64,000 nt of DNA from positions 576,001-640,000 of the forward strand of contig OY970296.1 of NCBI GenBank assembly GCA_963716175.1, written 5' to 3'. Both the position numbers and the translations under genes were made by a program. Shown here in pieces: positions 10,237 through 20,426 of the stretch. The stretch's first letter is position 1; each line of letters opens with the position of its first letter. The notes beneath the pieces are model-generated. The model was not told the origin of the DNA. It was given only the letters and a program-made list of their open reading frames with translations, and ran no database searches. The DNA is from an uncultured Armatimonadetes bacterium. GTDB lineage: Bacteria; Armatimonadota; Hebobacteria; Hebobacterales; Hebobacteraceae.

Positions 10237-11934
10237 ATGAAGAGGATGCTGCCGTGCTTCGTCGTCGCGCTGTTCCTCGCCGCTCCACGCGGGTCGCTGG
10301 TGGCGGCGCAGGAGCAGGGCCCAGTCGCTATCGAGACACGCTTGACGCGGGTCTCGCTCTTCAAGAACGGACTCGGCTTCTTCGTGCGAGAGGGCGTGCT
10401 CTCGCCGGCGCATCAGGCAGGACACCTGGGGCCCTTCGCCGCGCCTGCCCACGGCACTTTCTGGGTGAGCAGCCCGAGCAGCGCGGGGATGAAGAGCGTG
10501 GTTGCCCGCAGCATTACCATCAAGGCCGGCCCGGTGCCGGCCAGAGACGTCGCGGACCTGATGCGCGCCAACATAGGTAGGGAAGCTTGGGTCTGGCCCT
10601 CCCCAGATTCGACGGCGCCGGTCAGGGGTATCATCCTGGGTTTCGCCGCGGACCGGCCTGCACCGGTCGTCCCGCTCCATGTCTACGAAATGGGCAATGC
10701 CGGGGAACGCATGAGCGAGATCATCCCCTGGGGACGGGGCGAGTATGCGCTGATCAAGACCGATGAGGGAGTGGTCGCCCTGAACCCTTACAGCATCGCG
10801 CGGGTGCGTTTCACCTCCGAAGCGGTCGCCGCCAAGTTCCAGCCAGAGATCCCAGCGGCCGAGCTTGAGGCCGCCTTCGCCAGCCCGAAGGCGGGCGACT
10901 GGATCCTGGTCAGCTACCTCGCCAAGGGCATCACCTGGGCGCCGAGCTACCTGGTTGACCTCTCCGACTCGCAGCAGGCCCGCCTTAGTGCCAAGGCGGT
11001 CATCATCAACGAAGCCGAGGACCTGAAGGCAACACATGTTGACTTGATCACCGGCTTTCCCAATCTGAAGTTTGCGGACGTCCTCAGTCCGCTGGCCATG
11101 AAGGGCAACCTGGCGAGCTTCCTGCAAGCACTCGCCGGAACCGGGGCCAGGCCGGAGGTGATGGCGAATGTGATGACCCAGGCGGTGATGTACCGCGGGG
11201 CAGGACCGGCTGGTATGCCTGGGCCGCGGGGCCCGGCCGAGACGGCGCCCTCCTACGGCGCGGCCGCAGCCGGCCAGACGACAGAAGACCTGTTCCTCTA
11301 CCCGATCGAGAACGTCACCCTCGCCCGGGGCGAGACCGGTTACTATCCCCTTTTCACCGAGTCCGTGCCCTATTCCGAGTTCTACCAGTGGGAGATCCCG
11401 GATTACATCAACCCCTCTGATTACTACGTCCAGGCTGCGCCTCAGCCCGAGAAGCCCGAGGTGGTGTGGCACAGCCTGCGACTCACCAACACTACCAAAG
11501 TGCCCTGGACCACGGCCCCGGCAGAGGTGGTGAAGGCCGGCCAGATCATCGGCCAGGATGTGCTCAGCTACACCCCAGCGAAGGCCAAGTCTGTGGTCAA
11601 GATCACGCAGGCGGCGAGCGTCAACGTGGAGCAAAGCGAGGTGGAAAGCAACCGGGAGCGGGACGCGGTGGTCATGTATGGCGATCACTTCGACCGCGTC
11701 ACCATTCAAGGCACGCTGCGAGCCACCGACTACCAGGAGAAGGCGATTTCGCTCGAGATCAAGAAGACCGTGTCCGGTGACGTCAAGTCCACCAAGCCGA
11801 AGGCCACCGACGTCACCCTCGCGCGCGGCCTAAAGAGCATGAACCCCCTGCATCAGCTCACCTGGACCATCCCGCTGCAGCCGCAGAAGAGCCAGGAGAT
11901 CACCTACACCTATCAGGCACTGATCCGGCGCTGA
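10237..11934 (+). CDS. Exported DUF4139/DUF4140-like protein
   Basis: AGGAGG RBS and signal peptide; VSLFKNGLGFFVREG, SYLAKGITWAPSY and a C-terminal LTWTIPLQPQ..EITYTY. Confidence 0.7.
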   Translation: MKRMLPCFVVALFLAAPRGSLVAAQEQGPVAIETRLTRVSLFKNGLGFFVREGVLSPAHQAGHLGPFAAPAHGTFWVSSPSSAGMKSVVARSITIKAGPVPARDVADLMRANIGREAWVWPSPDSTAPVRGIILGFAADRPAPVVPLHVYEMGNAGERMSEIIPWGRGEYALIKTDEGVVALNPYSIARVRFTSEAVAAKFQPEIPAAELEAAFASPKAGDWILVSYLAKGITWAPSYLVDLSDSQQARLSAKAVIINEAEDLKATHVDLITGFPNLKFADVLSPLAMKGNLASFLQALAGTGARPEVMANVMTQAVMYRGAGPAGMPGPRGPAETAPSYGAAAAGQTTEDLFLYPIENVTLARGETGYYPLFTESVPYSEFYQWEIPDYINPSDYYVQAAPQPEKPEVVWHSLRLTNTTKVPWTTAPAEVVKAGQIIGQDVLSYTPAKAKSVVKITQAASVNVEQSEVESNRERDAVVMYGDHFDRVTIQGTLRATDYQEKAISLEIKKTVSGDVKSTKPKATDVTLARGLKSMNPLHQLTWTIPLQPQKSQEITYTYQALIRR

Positions 11935-12021
11935 GCAGGTCTGGGGTCTCGTCGGCTATGCGCCCCCGCCCTCTGGCTCTTGGGTACATGGCCGCCCCAC
12001 CAGAACGCCGGCCCCAGCAGC

Positions 12022-13422
12022 TCATTCCTCAGGCCACTGCCCGCCGTTGAGGCGCTCCCAGGCGTCCCACACGGAGAGCGTCTGTGTCTCCTCGTCCCAG
12101 ACCAGGGAGGCGCCCAGCGCGGTGACCGTGGCTCGCAGCGGCAGCAGGGGATATCCGGCGGCCAACTGCGGCGCCGCCTCCAGTCGTACCAGCTCCCCAT
12201 TCACCAACGCCTCCGGGTTCCCTGGCGACAGGAATATCCGCTGCCCGCCCCGTGAGACTACCACGTAGTTCATCCCGGGTCCCACCTCGAGCTCCGCCTC
12301 CAGCGCCGCCACCAACGGCCGCACTGGCACCAGCCAGTCCGAGGCCACCGGGGTGGGGGCCAGCGCGAGCCGCACCGGTTTCCCATTCACTTCCACCTGC
12401 GTGTGAGAGCCCACAACCGGTGTCGGCAGTCCGGTGGTGCGCTTCAGTATGTCGGCCACCAGCTCCAGGTCCACCACTTGACCCAGCCCATAGTCCTTCA
12501 GCAGATCCCGCACCTTCTCAGGCGTCACCTCGTCCACGTCATAGGGGTCTGGGTAGTAGGAGAGGTAGACGATCCCGTCGTCAGGGCGGTAGCCCACCAC
12601 CAGGCGCTCGTAGATGATCTTCACCGGTGTCCCGACCGGGGCCAACGCATAGAGCTCATGCGCATGCTCGGGGTACATGCGCATGCACCCGTGCGAAACA
12701 TACCGGCCCACCGAACCCGGCGCATTGGTGGCGTGAAGGCCATAGCCAGGCGCCGACAATCCCATCCAACGATCGCCAAGCGGATTCCCCGGGCCGGGAG
12801 GAACCGGCTCCTCTTGCAGCGCCCACTTGGGCGGGAACCAAGTCGGGTTCTTCCGCTTGTTCACGATCGTAAACTCCCCGGTCGGGGTCTCCCATCCGCG
12901 CTGCCCAATGGCGATGGGGTAGCATCTGATGGGAAGGCCGCGCTGGTAGAAGTACAGGTTCCGCTCTGGCAAGTTCACCACTATCCCAGTCCAGACTGGC
13001 AAGGGCGCGACGTGCTCACTGGGGATCGACAACAGCTCATCACCCGCCGAGAGGTCACCCTCGTTGGCATTGTGAATCGCGCTCGCGCTTACCCCATAGC
13101 GCCGGGCGATGGCGAAGATGCTCTCCTTGCCCTTGCGCTGGTAATGCGCCGCCTTTCCCATTACCGGAGGCAGGCGCAGCAGCGGCCGCTCCAACTGCTC
13201 CTGGGCCCTGGCGGGTGCAGCAAGACCGACTAGAAGAACCGCTGACAGGCAGACAACGCAGAGCTCGTAGCGCAGCCGTACGCGGCCCGCCCGGGCGGGC
13301 GAACAGCGCCGCCGTTGCCCGTGTCCCTGCGCTCTCTGCGCCTCTGCGGTGAGTTCCGTTGGGTGCTTCAAGATCTCAGCCTCTTTGCCATTCTCTATGC
13401 CATATCTTCTAGTCTCTGCCAA
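12022..13422 (-). CDS. L,D-transpeptidase (YkuD) with LysM-like and copper-amine-oxidase-N-like domains; start uncertain
   Basis: ESIFAIARRYGVS (LysM), IVVNLPE, GPGNPLG and catalytic YGLHAT...SHGCMRM. Confidence 0.9.
   Translation of the reverse strand: MAETRRYGIENGKEAEILKHPTELTAEAQRAQGHGQRRRCSPARAGRVRLRYELCVVCLSAVLLVGLAAPARAQEQLERPLLRLPPVMGKAAHYQRKGKESIFAIARRYGVSASAIHNANEGDLSAGDELLSIPSEHVAPLPVWTGIVVNLPERNLYFYQRGLPIRCYPIAIGQRGWETPTGEFTIVNKRKNPTWFPPKWALQEEPVPPGPGNPLGDRWMGLSAPGYGLHATNAPGSVGRYVSHGCMRMYPEHAHELYALAPVGTPVKIIYERLVVGYRPDDGIVYLSYYPDPYDVDEVTPEKVRDLLKDYGLGQVVDLELVADILKRTTGLPTPVVGSHTQVEVNGKPVRLALAPTPVASDWLVPVRPLVAALEAELEVGPGMNYVVVSRGGQRIFLSPGNPEALVNGELVRLEAAPQLAAGYPLLPLRATVTALGASLVWDEETQTLSVWDAWERLNGGQWPEE
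13327..13352. repeat. Short dispersed repeat, CTCTGCGCCTCTGCGGT family
   Basis: CTGCGCTCTCTGCGCCTCTGCGGTGA; related copies at 41175-41200 and 49290-49308 (reverse). Confidence 0.6.
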
Positions 13423-13622
13423 CAGAGCGTGTGGGGCAGGGGTGTGCCTGCAGCTTCCCGGCGAGGCTGTGGGGCAGAAGTCGGCTGCAATCCCGGTTGT
13501 TTTTCCAGCGTGGACGTGGTATTCTCTTCTGCCATTGCGGCGCGGGTAGCCCCCTTCCCGCGCGGATCTTGGTCTGAGTTCGGACCGGTCGGCATGGGTC
13601 CGGGCTTGGCCTGGGCGAGAGG

Positions 13623-15944
13623 TTGAGCCAGATGAGGGATCGCTCGCAGATGGGGGTGACCCGGCCTGTGCGTTCGGCGCGGCAGCTTATCCCGCTGCCC
13701 GTTGAGCGGCGGCGCCGCCTCCGCTATGAGGTGGTGGGCCTCGGTCTGTTCACCCTCGGGTTGCTGCTCCTCTTCAGCGCGGGCCGCCATACCGGCTTGC
13801 TCGCCCCGGCCCTGAACTCGGCGCTGGCGGTGCTGGTTGGCCGCTGGGGCGCGGTGGCCATCTCCCTGGGACTGGTCGCCCTGGGCGGGGCCATGGTACT
13901 GCGCTGGGAGCCCATCGCCTTCGCCCGGCTGGCGTCCGGGTTCGGCATCTTGCTCTGGATCTTCCTGGGCATCTGCGAGCTGCGCGCCCCGGGCGCCGGG
14001 CTGTTCGGTCGCACCCTTGCCGGCGAGCCAGGCGGGCTGCTGGGCCTGCTCGTCTCGGAGGCCCTCCGCCCCCTGTTCGGGCGGACCTTCGGGGTGGTGG
14101 TCTTGCTGCTGGCCGGCCTGTGCGCTATCGCCCACATCACGGACACGCCGTTGAGCCACCTCCTTCAGGGTGCCGCCGCGTGACGCTTCGCTTGGCGAGA
14201 TCTGCCGCGCTGCTCTCAGGGCCGCGATGGAAAGCACGCCAATCGCGTCGGCCCAGGCCCGGGAGGGCAAACCGACAGCCGCCTGAGCCACCCAGGCTGA
14301 CGGCGCCGCCGGCCCAGCCAGAATCCCCGGCCGGCGAGCCCCAGAGATTGGGCGAAGCCTCCCAGCCGCGCCTGGAGTTGATCGAGGCCCCGAGCGCGAG
14401 ATGAAGAAGCGACGGGGCCTCAGGCAAGCGGCCGCTATGATGACTATCAGCTTCCGCCCCTGGAGCTGCTCACCGAAGTGCCCTCACGCGAGCACGCGGA
14501 GCGAGAGGCCTTGGCCAGCATCGGAACCCTGGAGAATGCGCTTGCCAGTTACGGCATAGACGCGCGCGTGGTGGACGTGGAGCGCGGCCCGCGGGTGACG
14601 CGATACGAGATCCATCTCCCACCCGGGGTGCGCGTGAGCCGCGTCACCAATCTGGCGGATGACCTGGCCTACGCCCTGTCGGCCCTGGCGGTACGCGTGG
14701 AGGCCCCGGTGCCCGGCAAGGGCGTGATCGGCATTGAGGTACCAAACAGCGATGTCACCTTCGTCCACGTGCGCGAGATCCTGGACTCCCAGGTCGCGGC
14801 CCGCACGCCCTCCAAGATCGCATTCGCCCTGGGCCGTGACATCTCGGGCCATCCCATGATGGCCGACCTCGCGACCATGCCTCACCTGCTGATCGCGGGG
14901 GCCACCAACTCGGGCAAGAGCGTCTCCCTGAATGCCCTCATCGCCTCCCTGCTGATTCGCGCCCGGCCCGATGAGGTCAAGCTGCTGCTGATTGATCCCA
15001 AGCGAGTCGAGCTGAGCCTGTTCGAGGGCATTCCTCACCTCGCCGCGCCCGTTGCCCACGATGCCAAGGAGGCGGCCGGCCTGCTGCGGTGGGCGATCCG
15101 CGAGATGGAGCTTCGCTACTCCCAGTTCGCGGACCTCGGCGTGCGCAACATCCTGGGCTGGAATGAGCGGGCGAAGATAGATGAGGAGCTGGAACCCTTC
15201 TACTACCTGGTGATCGTAGTGGATGAACTTGCCGACCTCATGATGCAGGCCGCCACCGAATTCGAGACTTCCATCTGCCGTCTCGCCCAGCTTGCCCGCG
15301 CCACCGGCATTCACCTGGTGGTGGCCACGCAGCGGCCCTCGGTCAACGTCATCACCGGCACCATCAAGGCCAACATCGCCTCCCGCATTGCCTTCGCGGT
15401 GGCCTCCCAGGTGGATTCGCGCACCATCCTGGATGTGAATGGAGCAGAGCGATTGGTGGGTTCGGGCGACATGCTCTACCTGCCGCTCGATGCCCCTACC
15501 GGCAAACCCATCCGCATCCAGGGCGCTTATGTCAGCGAACGGGACATCGCCGCGCTGGTCTCGTTCCTGAAGGAACAGGCAAAGCCCCACTATTCGGAAT
15601 CGGCCCTGGAGAGCACAGGGTCGGTGCTGATCCCGGGTCAGGACCAAGCAGATGACCCGATGTTCGAGACTACACTGGAGTATGTGTTGGCGACCAAGCA
15701 CGCTTCCGCCTCCATGCTTCAGCGCAAGTTCAAGCTGGGGTACACGCGCGCCGCTCGCCTGATAGACATGATGGAGGCGCGCGGCTACGTGGGTCCTCAC
15801 GACGGTCGCCGTGCTCGCGAGGTATATGCCAGCCCGGGCGCCCGGGTGGCCGAAATCACCCGCCGGCCTGCCCCGGAACCGGAGGCTTCCGACGAGAGTG
15901 GGTTAGACGAAGACGAGGAACCGGAAGCGCCCGAGGAGGTATAG
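13623..15944 (+). pseudogene. ftsK: DNA translocase FtsK/SpoIIIE with two apparent frameshifts (possibly assembly errors)
   Basis: TM domain at 13623-14183; Pro-rich linker in another frame (about 14178-14404); motor frame resumes at about 14382 with YQLPPLELL, PHLLIAGATNSGKS, IVVDELADLMM, ATQRPS and gamma-domain LQRKFKLGYTRAARLID. Confidence 0.85.
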
Positions 15945-16339
15945 CGAATGCCGCGAGGCCGGCTGAGTCCCCATCCGCCCAGCAGCAGACCGCTTCCGCT
16001 TGCCCCGAGGATGCCACTAGATGGGCAGCGAGGCATGGCAACTCTCCTTGGCGATGTGGTTAGAATACAACTGAGTGCGGGTATAGTTGGGCGACTCCAC
16101 CTGGGTCAAAGCGATAGTTCTTCCGTCCGGCTTGGCGTCTGTTCTTCACAAACTCCCCGATCCACCACATCTCTCCCAGTTACGGCGCCCGGTTCTTATT
16201 GGAATAAGGAATATAGCCGCTGACCGCGGCCATAGTGTGATGGCATGCCAGCAGCCAGGGCGACAGGGGAAGAGCCCCTATACACTCGCGGCGCTCGCTC
16301 GCGCGTGTCTGCCGCTCCTCGCATGATAAGGGAGTCAGC

Positions 16340-18037
16340 TTGAGACAGAAGGACAAGAAGCTGGGTGAGATCCTGACCGCCCGCAGCGCCGTGATGCAGG
16401 TGGACCTCGAGAAAGCCCTGGCCGAGCAGAAGCAGACCAAGGGCTTCCTGGGCCAGATCCTGCTCAAGCGCGGCGTGATCAAGAAGCGCGATCTGGCGCA
16501 AGCCCTGGAGGAGCAGCTCGGCGTACCCTTCGTGGAGCTGTCCGATATCTCGATCCCCCCCGAGATCGCCGGGCTGTTGCCCGAGAGCCTGGTGCGTCTC
16601 CATCGCGCCCTGCCCTTCGACCTAGAGGGTGACGTGATGTCGGTAGGCATGGCCGACCCCCTGAACCTCACGGCCATTGAGTCTATGCGGCTGGTCACCG
16701 GCCTCCAGGTGAAGCCCTTCTTCGCCCCAGAGGAAGACGTTTTGCTTGCCACCAACACCGTGTTCGATGGCCGGGTCGCCGCTTACAAGGCGATTGAGGA
16801 CACCTCCAGCATGGGCCAGGAGGAGAGCAACGGGATCACGGTCCGAGAGCTGGAGCGCATGGTGGAGGACGCGCCGGTGGTCCGGCTGGTGGACTCCATC
16901 GTCCAGGGGGCGATCACCGGGCTTGCCAGCGACATCCATGTGGAGCCTCAGGAGCGCGCGGTGCGGGTCCGATACCGCGTCGACGGGGTGCTCTATGACA
17001 TGATGGAGATCCCCAAGCGGCTGCAGTCGGCGGTTATCTCCCGGGTCAAGATCATGGCCGGCATGAATATCGCGGAACGCCGCGTCCCCCAGGACGGCCG
17101 CATGTCGGTGGGGGCGAACGGGCAGGCCTATAACCTGCGAGTCTCCTCCCTGCTCACCGTGTTTGGCGAGAAAGTGGTGATGAGAATCCTGGACAAGTCC
17201 TCCGTGCTCTTGCAGCTGGAGGACCTAGGGTTCCTGCCCGAGCAGCAGACCGTAGTGGAATCCTTGATCCGGAAACCCTATGGCATGGTCCTATCCACCG
17301 GCCCCACCGGCTCCGGGAAGACGACCACTCTGTACACCGCCCTCCACCGGGTGAACCGTGGAGATAACAACATCGTTACCGTGGAGGACCCGGTCGAGTA
17401 CCAGTTGGCCGGGATCAACCAGACCCAGGTGAACCTGGCGGCGAACATCACCTTCGCCCGAGGCCTGCGCTCCATCCTGCGGCAGGACCCCGATGTGATC
17501 ATGGTGGGCGAGATCCGGGATCTGGAGACGGCCGAGATCGCGGTGCAGTCCGCACTCACCGGCCATCTGGTCTTCAGCTCGCTGCACACCAACGATGCCG
17601 CCTCCGCCTTGCCGCGATTGCTGGACATGGGAGTGGAGCCGTTCCTCATCGCCTCTTCGGTGATCGGGGTGATCGGCCAGCGCCTGGTGCGAGTGGTATG
17701 TCGCTCCTGCAAGGTGAGCTACGAGCCTGATCCGCGGGTGTTGAAGGAGCTGGGGCTGCCCAAGGAGGACCAAGGCCGGGTGCGCTTCGTCCGCGGCGAG
17801 GGCTGCCCGGCCTGCAGCAACCGGGGCTATCGTGGCCGCACCGGGGTGTTCGAGGTGCTGCGCCTGAGCGAGCCCATCAAGCGCATGGTGTTGGACAAGC
17901 GATTGGCCCTCGAGATCAGGGAGGCAGCGGTCGGAGAGGGCATGATCCTGATGCAGCAGTGCGGCCTGCGCAAAGTGCTGGATGGTGTCACCTCACCGGA
18001 AGAGGTAATGCGCGTCACCTACGTCGAGGAGGAGTGA
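16340..18037 (+). CDS. pilB: Type IV pilus/T2SS assembly ATPase (PilB/GspE)
   Basis: ASDIHVEP, ERRVPQDG, Walker A GPTGSGKTT, TVEDPVE, LRQDPDVIMVGEIRD, Zn-binding CxxC pairs and a MshEN-like N-terminus. Confidence 0.95.
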   Translation: MRQKDKKLGEILTARSAVMQVDLEKALAEQKQTKGFLGQILLKRGVIKKRDLAQALEEQLGVPFVELSDISIPPEIAGLLPESLVRLHRALPFDLEGDVMSVGMADPLNLTAIESMRLVTGLQVKPFFAPEEDVLLATNTVFDGRVAAYKAIEDTSSMGQEESNGITVRELERMVEDAPVVRLVDSIVQGAITGLASDIHVEPQERAVRVRYRVDGVLYDMMEIPKRLQSAVISRVKIMAGMNIAERRVPQDGRMSVGANGQAYNLRVSSLLTVFGEKVVMRILDKSSVLLQLEDLGFLPEQQTVVESLIRKPYGMVLSTGPTGSGKTTTLYTALHRVNRGDNNIVTVEDPVEYQLAGINQTQVNLAANITFARGLRSILRQDPDVIMVGEIRDLETAEIAVQSALTGHLVFSSLHTNDAASALPRLLDMGVEPFLIASSVIGVIGQRLVRVVCRSCKVSYEPDPRVLKELGLPKEDQGRVRFVRGEGCPACSNRGYRGRTGVFEVLRLSEPIKRMVLDKRLALEIREAAVGEGMILMQQCGLRKVLDGVTSPEEVMRVTYVEEE

Positions 18038-18045
18038 TCTCACCC

Positions 18046-19275
18046 ATGCCCACCTTCCGCTACCGAGCTAGAGATGCTGCTGGCGCGCCTGTGCAGGGGG
18101 CGCTGGTGGCCGACAACGAGCGACTGGTCAAGCTCAAGGTCACCGAGATGGGCTACTTCCCAGTGGCGGTGGAGCAGATGAAGGATCGCAGCGGCCGCAC
18201 GCTGGGCCTGCTCCCTCGCCGCGTGCGCTACGACGACGTGGTGGTCTTCTCCTGGCAGTTCTCCGCTATGATCGGGTCGGGCATCCCCTTGATCGCCTGC
18301 CTGGGCGCGCTCAAGGAGCAGACCGAGAGCCCCGAACTGTCCCGCGTGATCGGGGAGATCCGCCAGCAGGTGCAGGATGGGCAGTCGCTCTCCTCTGCCA
18401 TGGGCAAGTACCCTCACATCTTCTCGCCCACCATGATCAGCCTCATCCGGGCGGGCGAGTCGGGAGGGTTCCTGGAGCTGTCGCTGGAGCGCATTGCCAT
18501 CCAGCTGGACAAGGACGCCGACCTGCGCCAGAAAGTGCGCTCCGCCTTTGTCTATCCCGCTCTGGTGGTAGGCCTGGCCATGGGCATTGTCGCTTTCCTG
18601 CTGGCCTTCGTCATCCCCGTCTTCGCCCAGGTCTACAAGAGCGCGGCCCTCGACCTGCCCACGATCACGAAGGCCTTGATCGCAGTCTCCGGCTTCTTCG
18701 TGAAGTGGTGGTGGGCGCTGGGGCTCGGCATCATCGGGCTGGTCATGGGCATTCGCTATTATGCTCGCACCGAGAAGGGCAAGCCCAAGACCGATGCCCT
18801 GAAGCTGCGGTTGCCCCTGCTGGGAGGTCTGATCCGCAAGATCTCGATCTCTCGCGCCATCCGCGTGCTGGGCACCCTGATCACAACCGGTGTGCCTCTG
18901 GTGCAGGCCTTGGAGGACGCCGCCCGGGTGGCCGAAAACTGGGTGATCGCCTCCGCCCTGCGCTTCGCCACGGTGCGGGTCACCGAAGGCCACGAGCTGG
19001 CCCAGCCCCTGGAGGCGAGCGGCCAATTCCCGGCCATGGTGATCCAGATGGTGGCCGCGGGCGAGGAGTCAGGCGACCTCGGAGGCATGATGAACAAAGT
19101 GGCCGACTTCTACGACCGCGACGTTGAATATGCGGTGAAGCGGCTAACACCAGTTATGGAGTTTTTGTTGATAATATTCGTGGGGGCAATCGTGGGGCTA
19201 GTCGCCATCTCCATGTACATGCCTATCTTCAACCTGACCAGCTTGCTGAAGGGCAAGCCGGGGATAACCCCGTGA
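18046..19275 (+). CDS. pilC: Type IV pilus/T2SS inner-membrane platform protein (PilC/GspF)
   Basis: MPTFRYRA start, AGESGG, SAFVYP, AGEESGDL, and C-terminal MYMPIF. Confidence 0.95.
   Translation: MPTFRYRARDAAGAPVQGALVADNERLVKLKVTEMGYFPVAVEQMKDRSGRTLGLLPRRVRYDDVVVFSWQFSAMIGSGIPLIACLGALKEQTESPELSRVIGEIRQQVQDGQSLSSAMGKYPHIFSPTMISLIRAGESGGFLELSLERIAIQLDKDADLRQKVRSAFVYPALVVGLAMGIVAFLLAFVIPVFAQVYKSAALDLPTITKALIAVSGFFVKWWWALGLGIIGLVMGIRYYARTEKGKPKTDALKLRLPLLGGLIRKISISRAIRVLGTLITTGVPLVQALEDAARVAENWVIASALRFATVRVTEGHELAQPLEASGQFPAMVIQMVAAGEESGDLGGMMNKVADFYDRDVEYAVKRLTPVMEFLLIIFVGAIVGLVAISMYMPIFNLTSLLKGKPGITP
19169..19177 (+). promoter_or_regulatory. Possible internal extended -10 (TGaTAATAT) for the major pilin
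   Basis: Lies in an AT-rich patch within the 3' end of pilC, about 175 nt upstream of the pilin ATG. Confidence 0.4.
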
Positions 19276-19352
19276 ACCTCATGGGAACCAACCGGCGCCT
19301 CGGTGAGGATGCCGTGTGGTTGATAGCTTGAACCTCGGAAGGAGGTGAGAAG

Positions 19353-19823
19353 ATGAGACGCTGGACCCAGAAGATGCGCAGTAGGCGTGGCTTCACGATG
19401 GTGGAGCTGCTGGTGGTGATAATCATCATCGCCGTCCTGGTCGCCATTGCGCTGCCCAGGTACTTCGCAGCTATCTACGCCGGCCGGGTGCATGCCTGCC
19501 AGGCCAACTTCAAGATTATCAACACCGCAGCCCAGGCCTACTTCGCCCAGAACAAGATCTGGCCCGAGCAGGTCAGCGACATGTTGCTGGGAGGCACGGC
19601 CCCGCCGGGTGCGCCGACGACGGTGAAAAGCGGCCAGTTGACGGAGCAGCCGATCTGCCCGTTCGACGCGACTTCCGATGGCTCCGATAAGCCGTACGTG
19701 CTGGACAAGGTCTATGAGACCCCCGGCGACCCCAGCACGGCGCAGGTCGGCGTGGAAGTAGGGCCCACCAACCACTTCGACGCGACCAAGCCGTGGCAGA
19801 CCGCTACCGAGCACCTGCCATAG
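19353..19823 (+). CDS. Type IV pilin (probable major pilin)
   Basis: Strong AAGGAGGTGA RBS; RRG|FTMVELLVVIIIIAVL prepilin motif; two Cys. Confidence 0.92.
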   Translation: MRRWTQKMRSRRGFTMVELLVVIIIIAVLVAIALPRYFAAIYAGRVHACQANFKIINTAAQAYFAQNKIWPEQVSDMLLGGTAPPGAPTTVKSGQLTEQPICPFDATSDGSDKPYVLDKVYETPGDPSTAQVGVEVGPTNHFDATKPWQTATEHLP

Positions 19824-19937
19824 CGCATGAGACCTTGGGAGGCGAGCCAGGCGGTCTCGCCTCCCCCGGTCCTGTGCCGCCGCAGGCAGGCGGCGGCAGA
19901 GGTTCGGAAACTCCGGAAGGATACACGAGTCATCGGC

Positions 19938-20390
19938 ATGAGCGCGCGCCACTGCAAGATGCGCGGCCCGGCGGGGCAGTCTCGCGCCTTCACCCTGGTC
20001 GAGCTGCTGGTGGTGATCATCATCATCGCCGTGCTGCTGGTGATCGCCATCCCCCGCTACTTCGCGGCGGTGTATACGGCAGAGGTCAGAGACTGCCAGT
20101 CGCAGATCAAGGTCATCAACACGGCGGCTCAGGCCTACTTCTCCCGGAATCGTGTCTGGCCCGCCAGGGTAGAAGACATGGTGCGGGGCACGGCGCCCTC
20201 CTGGGCGGTAGGGCTGCCTCTGGACCAAATGCCCGAGTGCCCGTTCGGCAAGCCTTACCATCTGGCGGCCCAATTACAGGACGGAACCACCGGGGTGCCT
20301 ACCTCCGGCAACCCCCAGGTGGGAGTGGCCGTGGTCACGGAGGAGCACTTCGACGGCTCCTGGATCACGGCCACGAAGCACCGAGAGTGA
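19938..20390 (+). CDS. Type IV pilin, paralogue of the preceding gene
   Basis: SRA|FTLVELLVVIIIIAVL; shares PRYFAA, INTAAQAYF, WP and CPF. Start could be 19938 or 19959. Confidence 0.9.
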   Translation: MSARHCKMRGPAGQSRAFTLVELLVVIIIIAVLLVIAIPRYFAAVYTAEVRDCQSQIKVINTAAQAYFSRNRVWPARVEDMVRGTAPSWAVGLPLDQMPECPFGKPYHLAAQLQDGTTGVPTSGNPQVGVAVVTEEHFDGSWITATKHRE

Positions 20391-20426
20391 GGGCGGAGGG
20401 CAGCGGACGAGGGCCTTCCGGTTACC

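Noticed and set aside
15945-16339. c-di-GMP riboswitch upstream of pilB
   Set aside because: I could not match class I or class II consensus elements by eye; an Infernal search would settle it.
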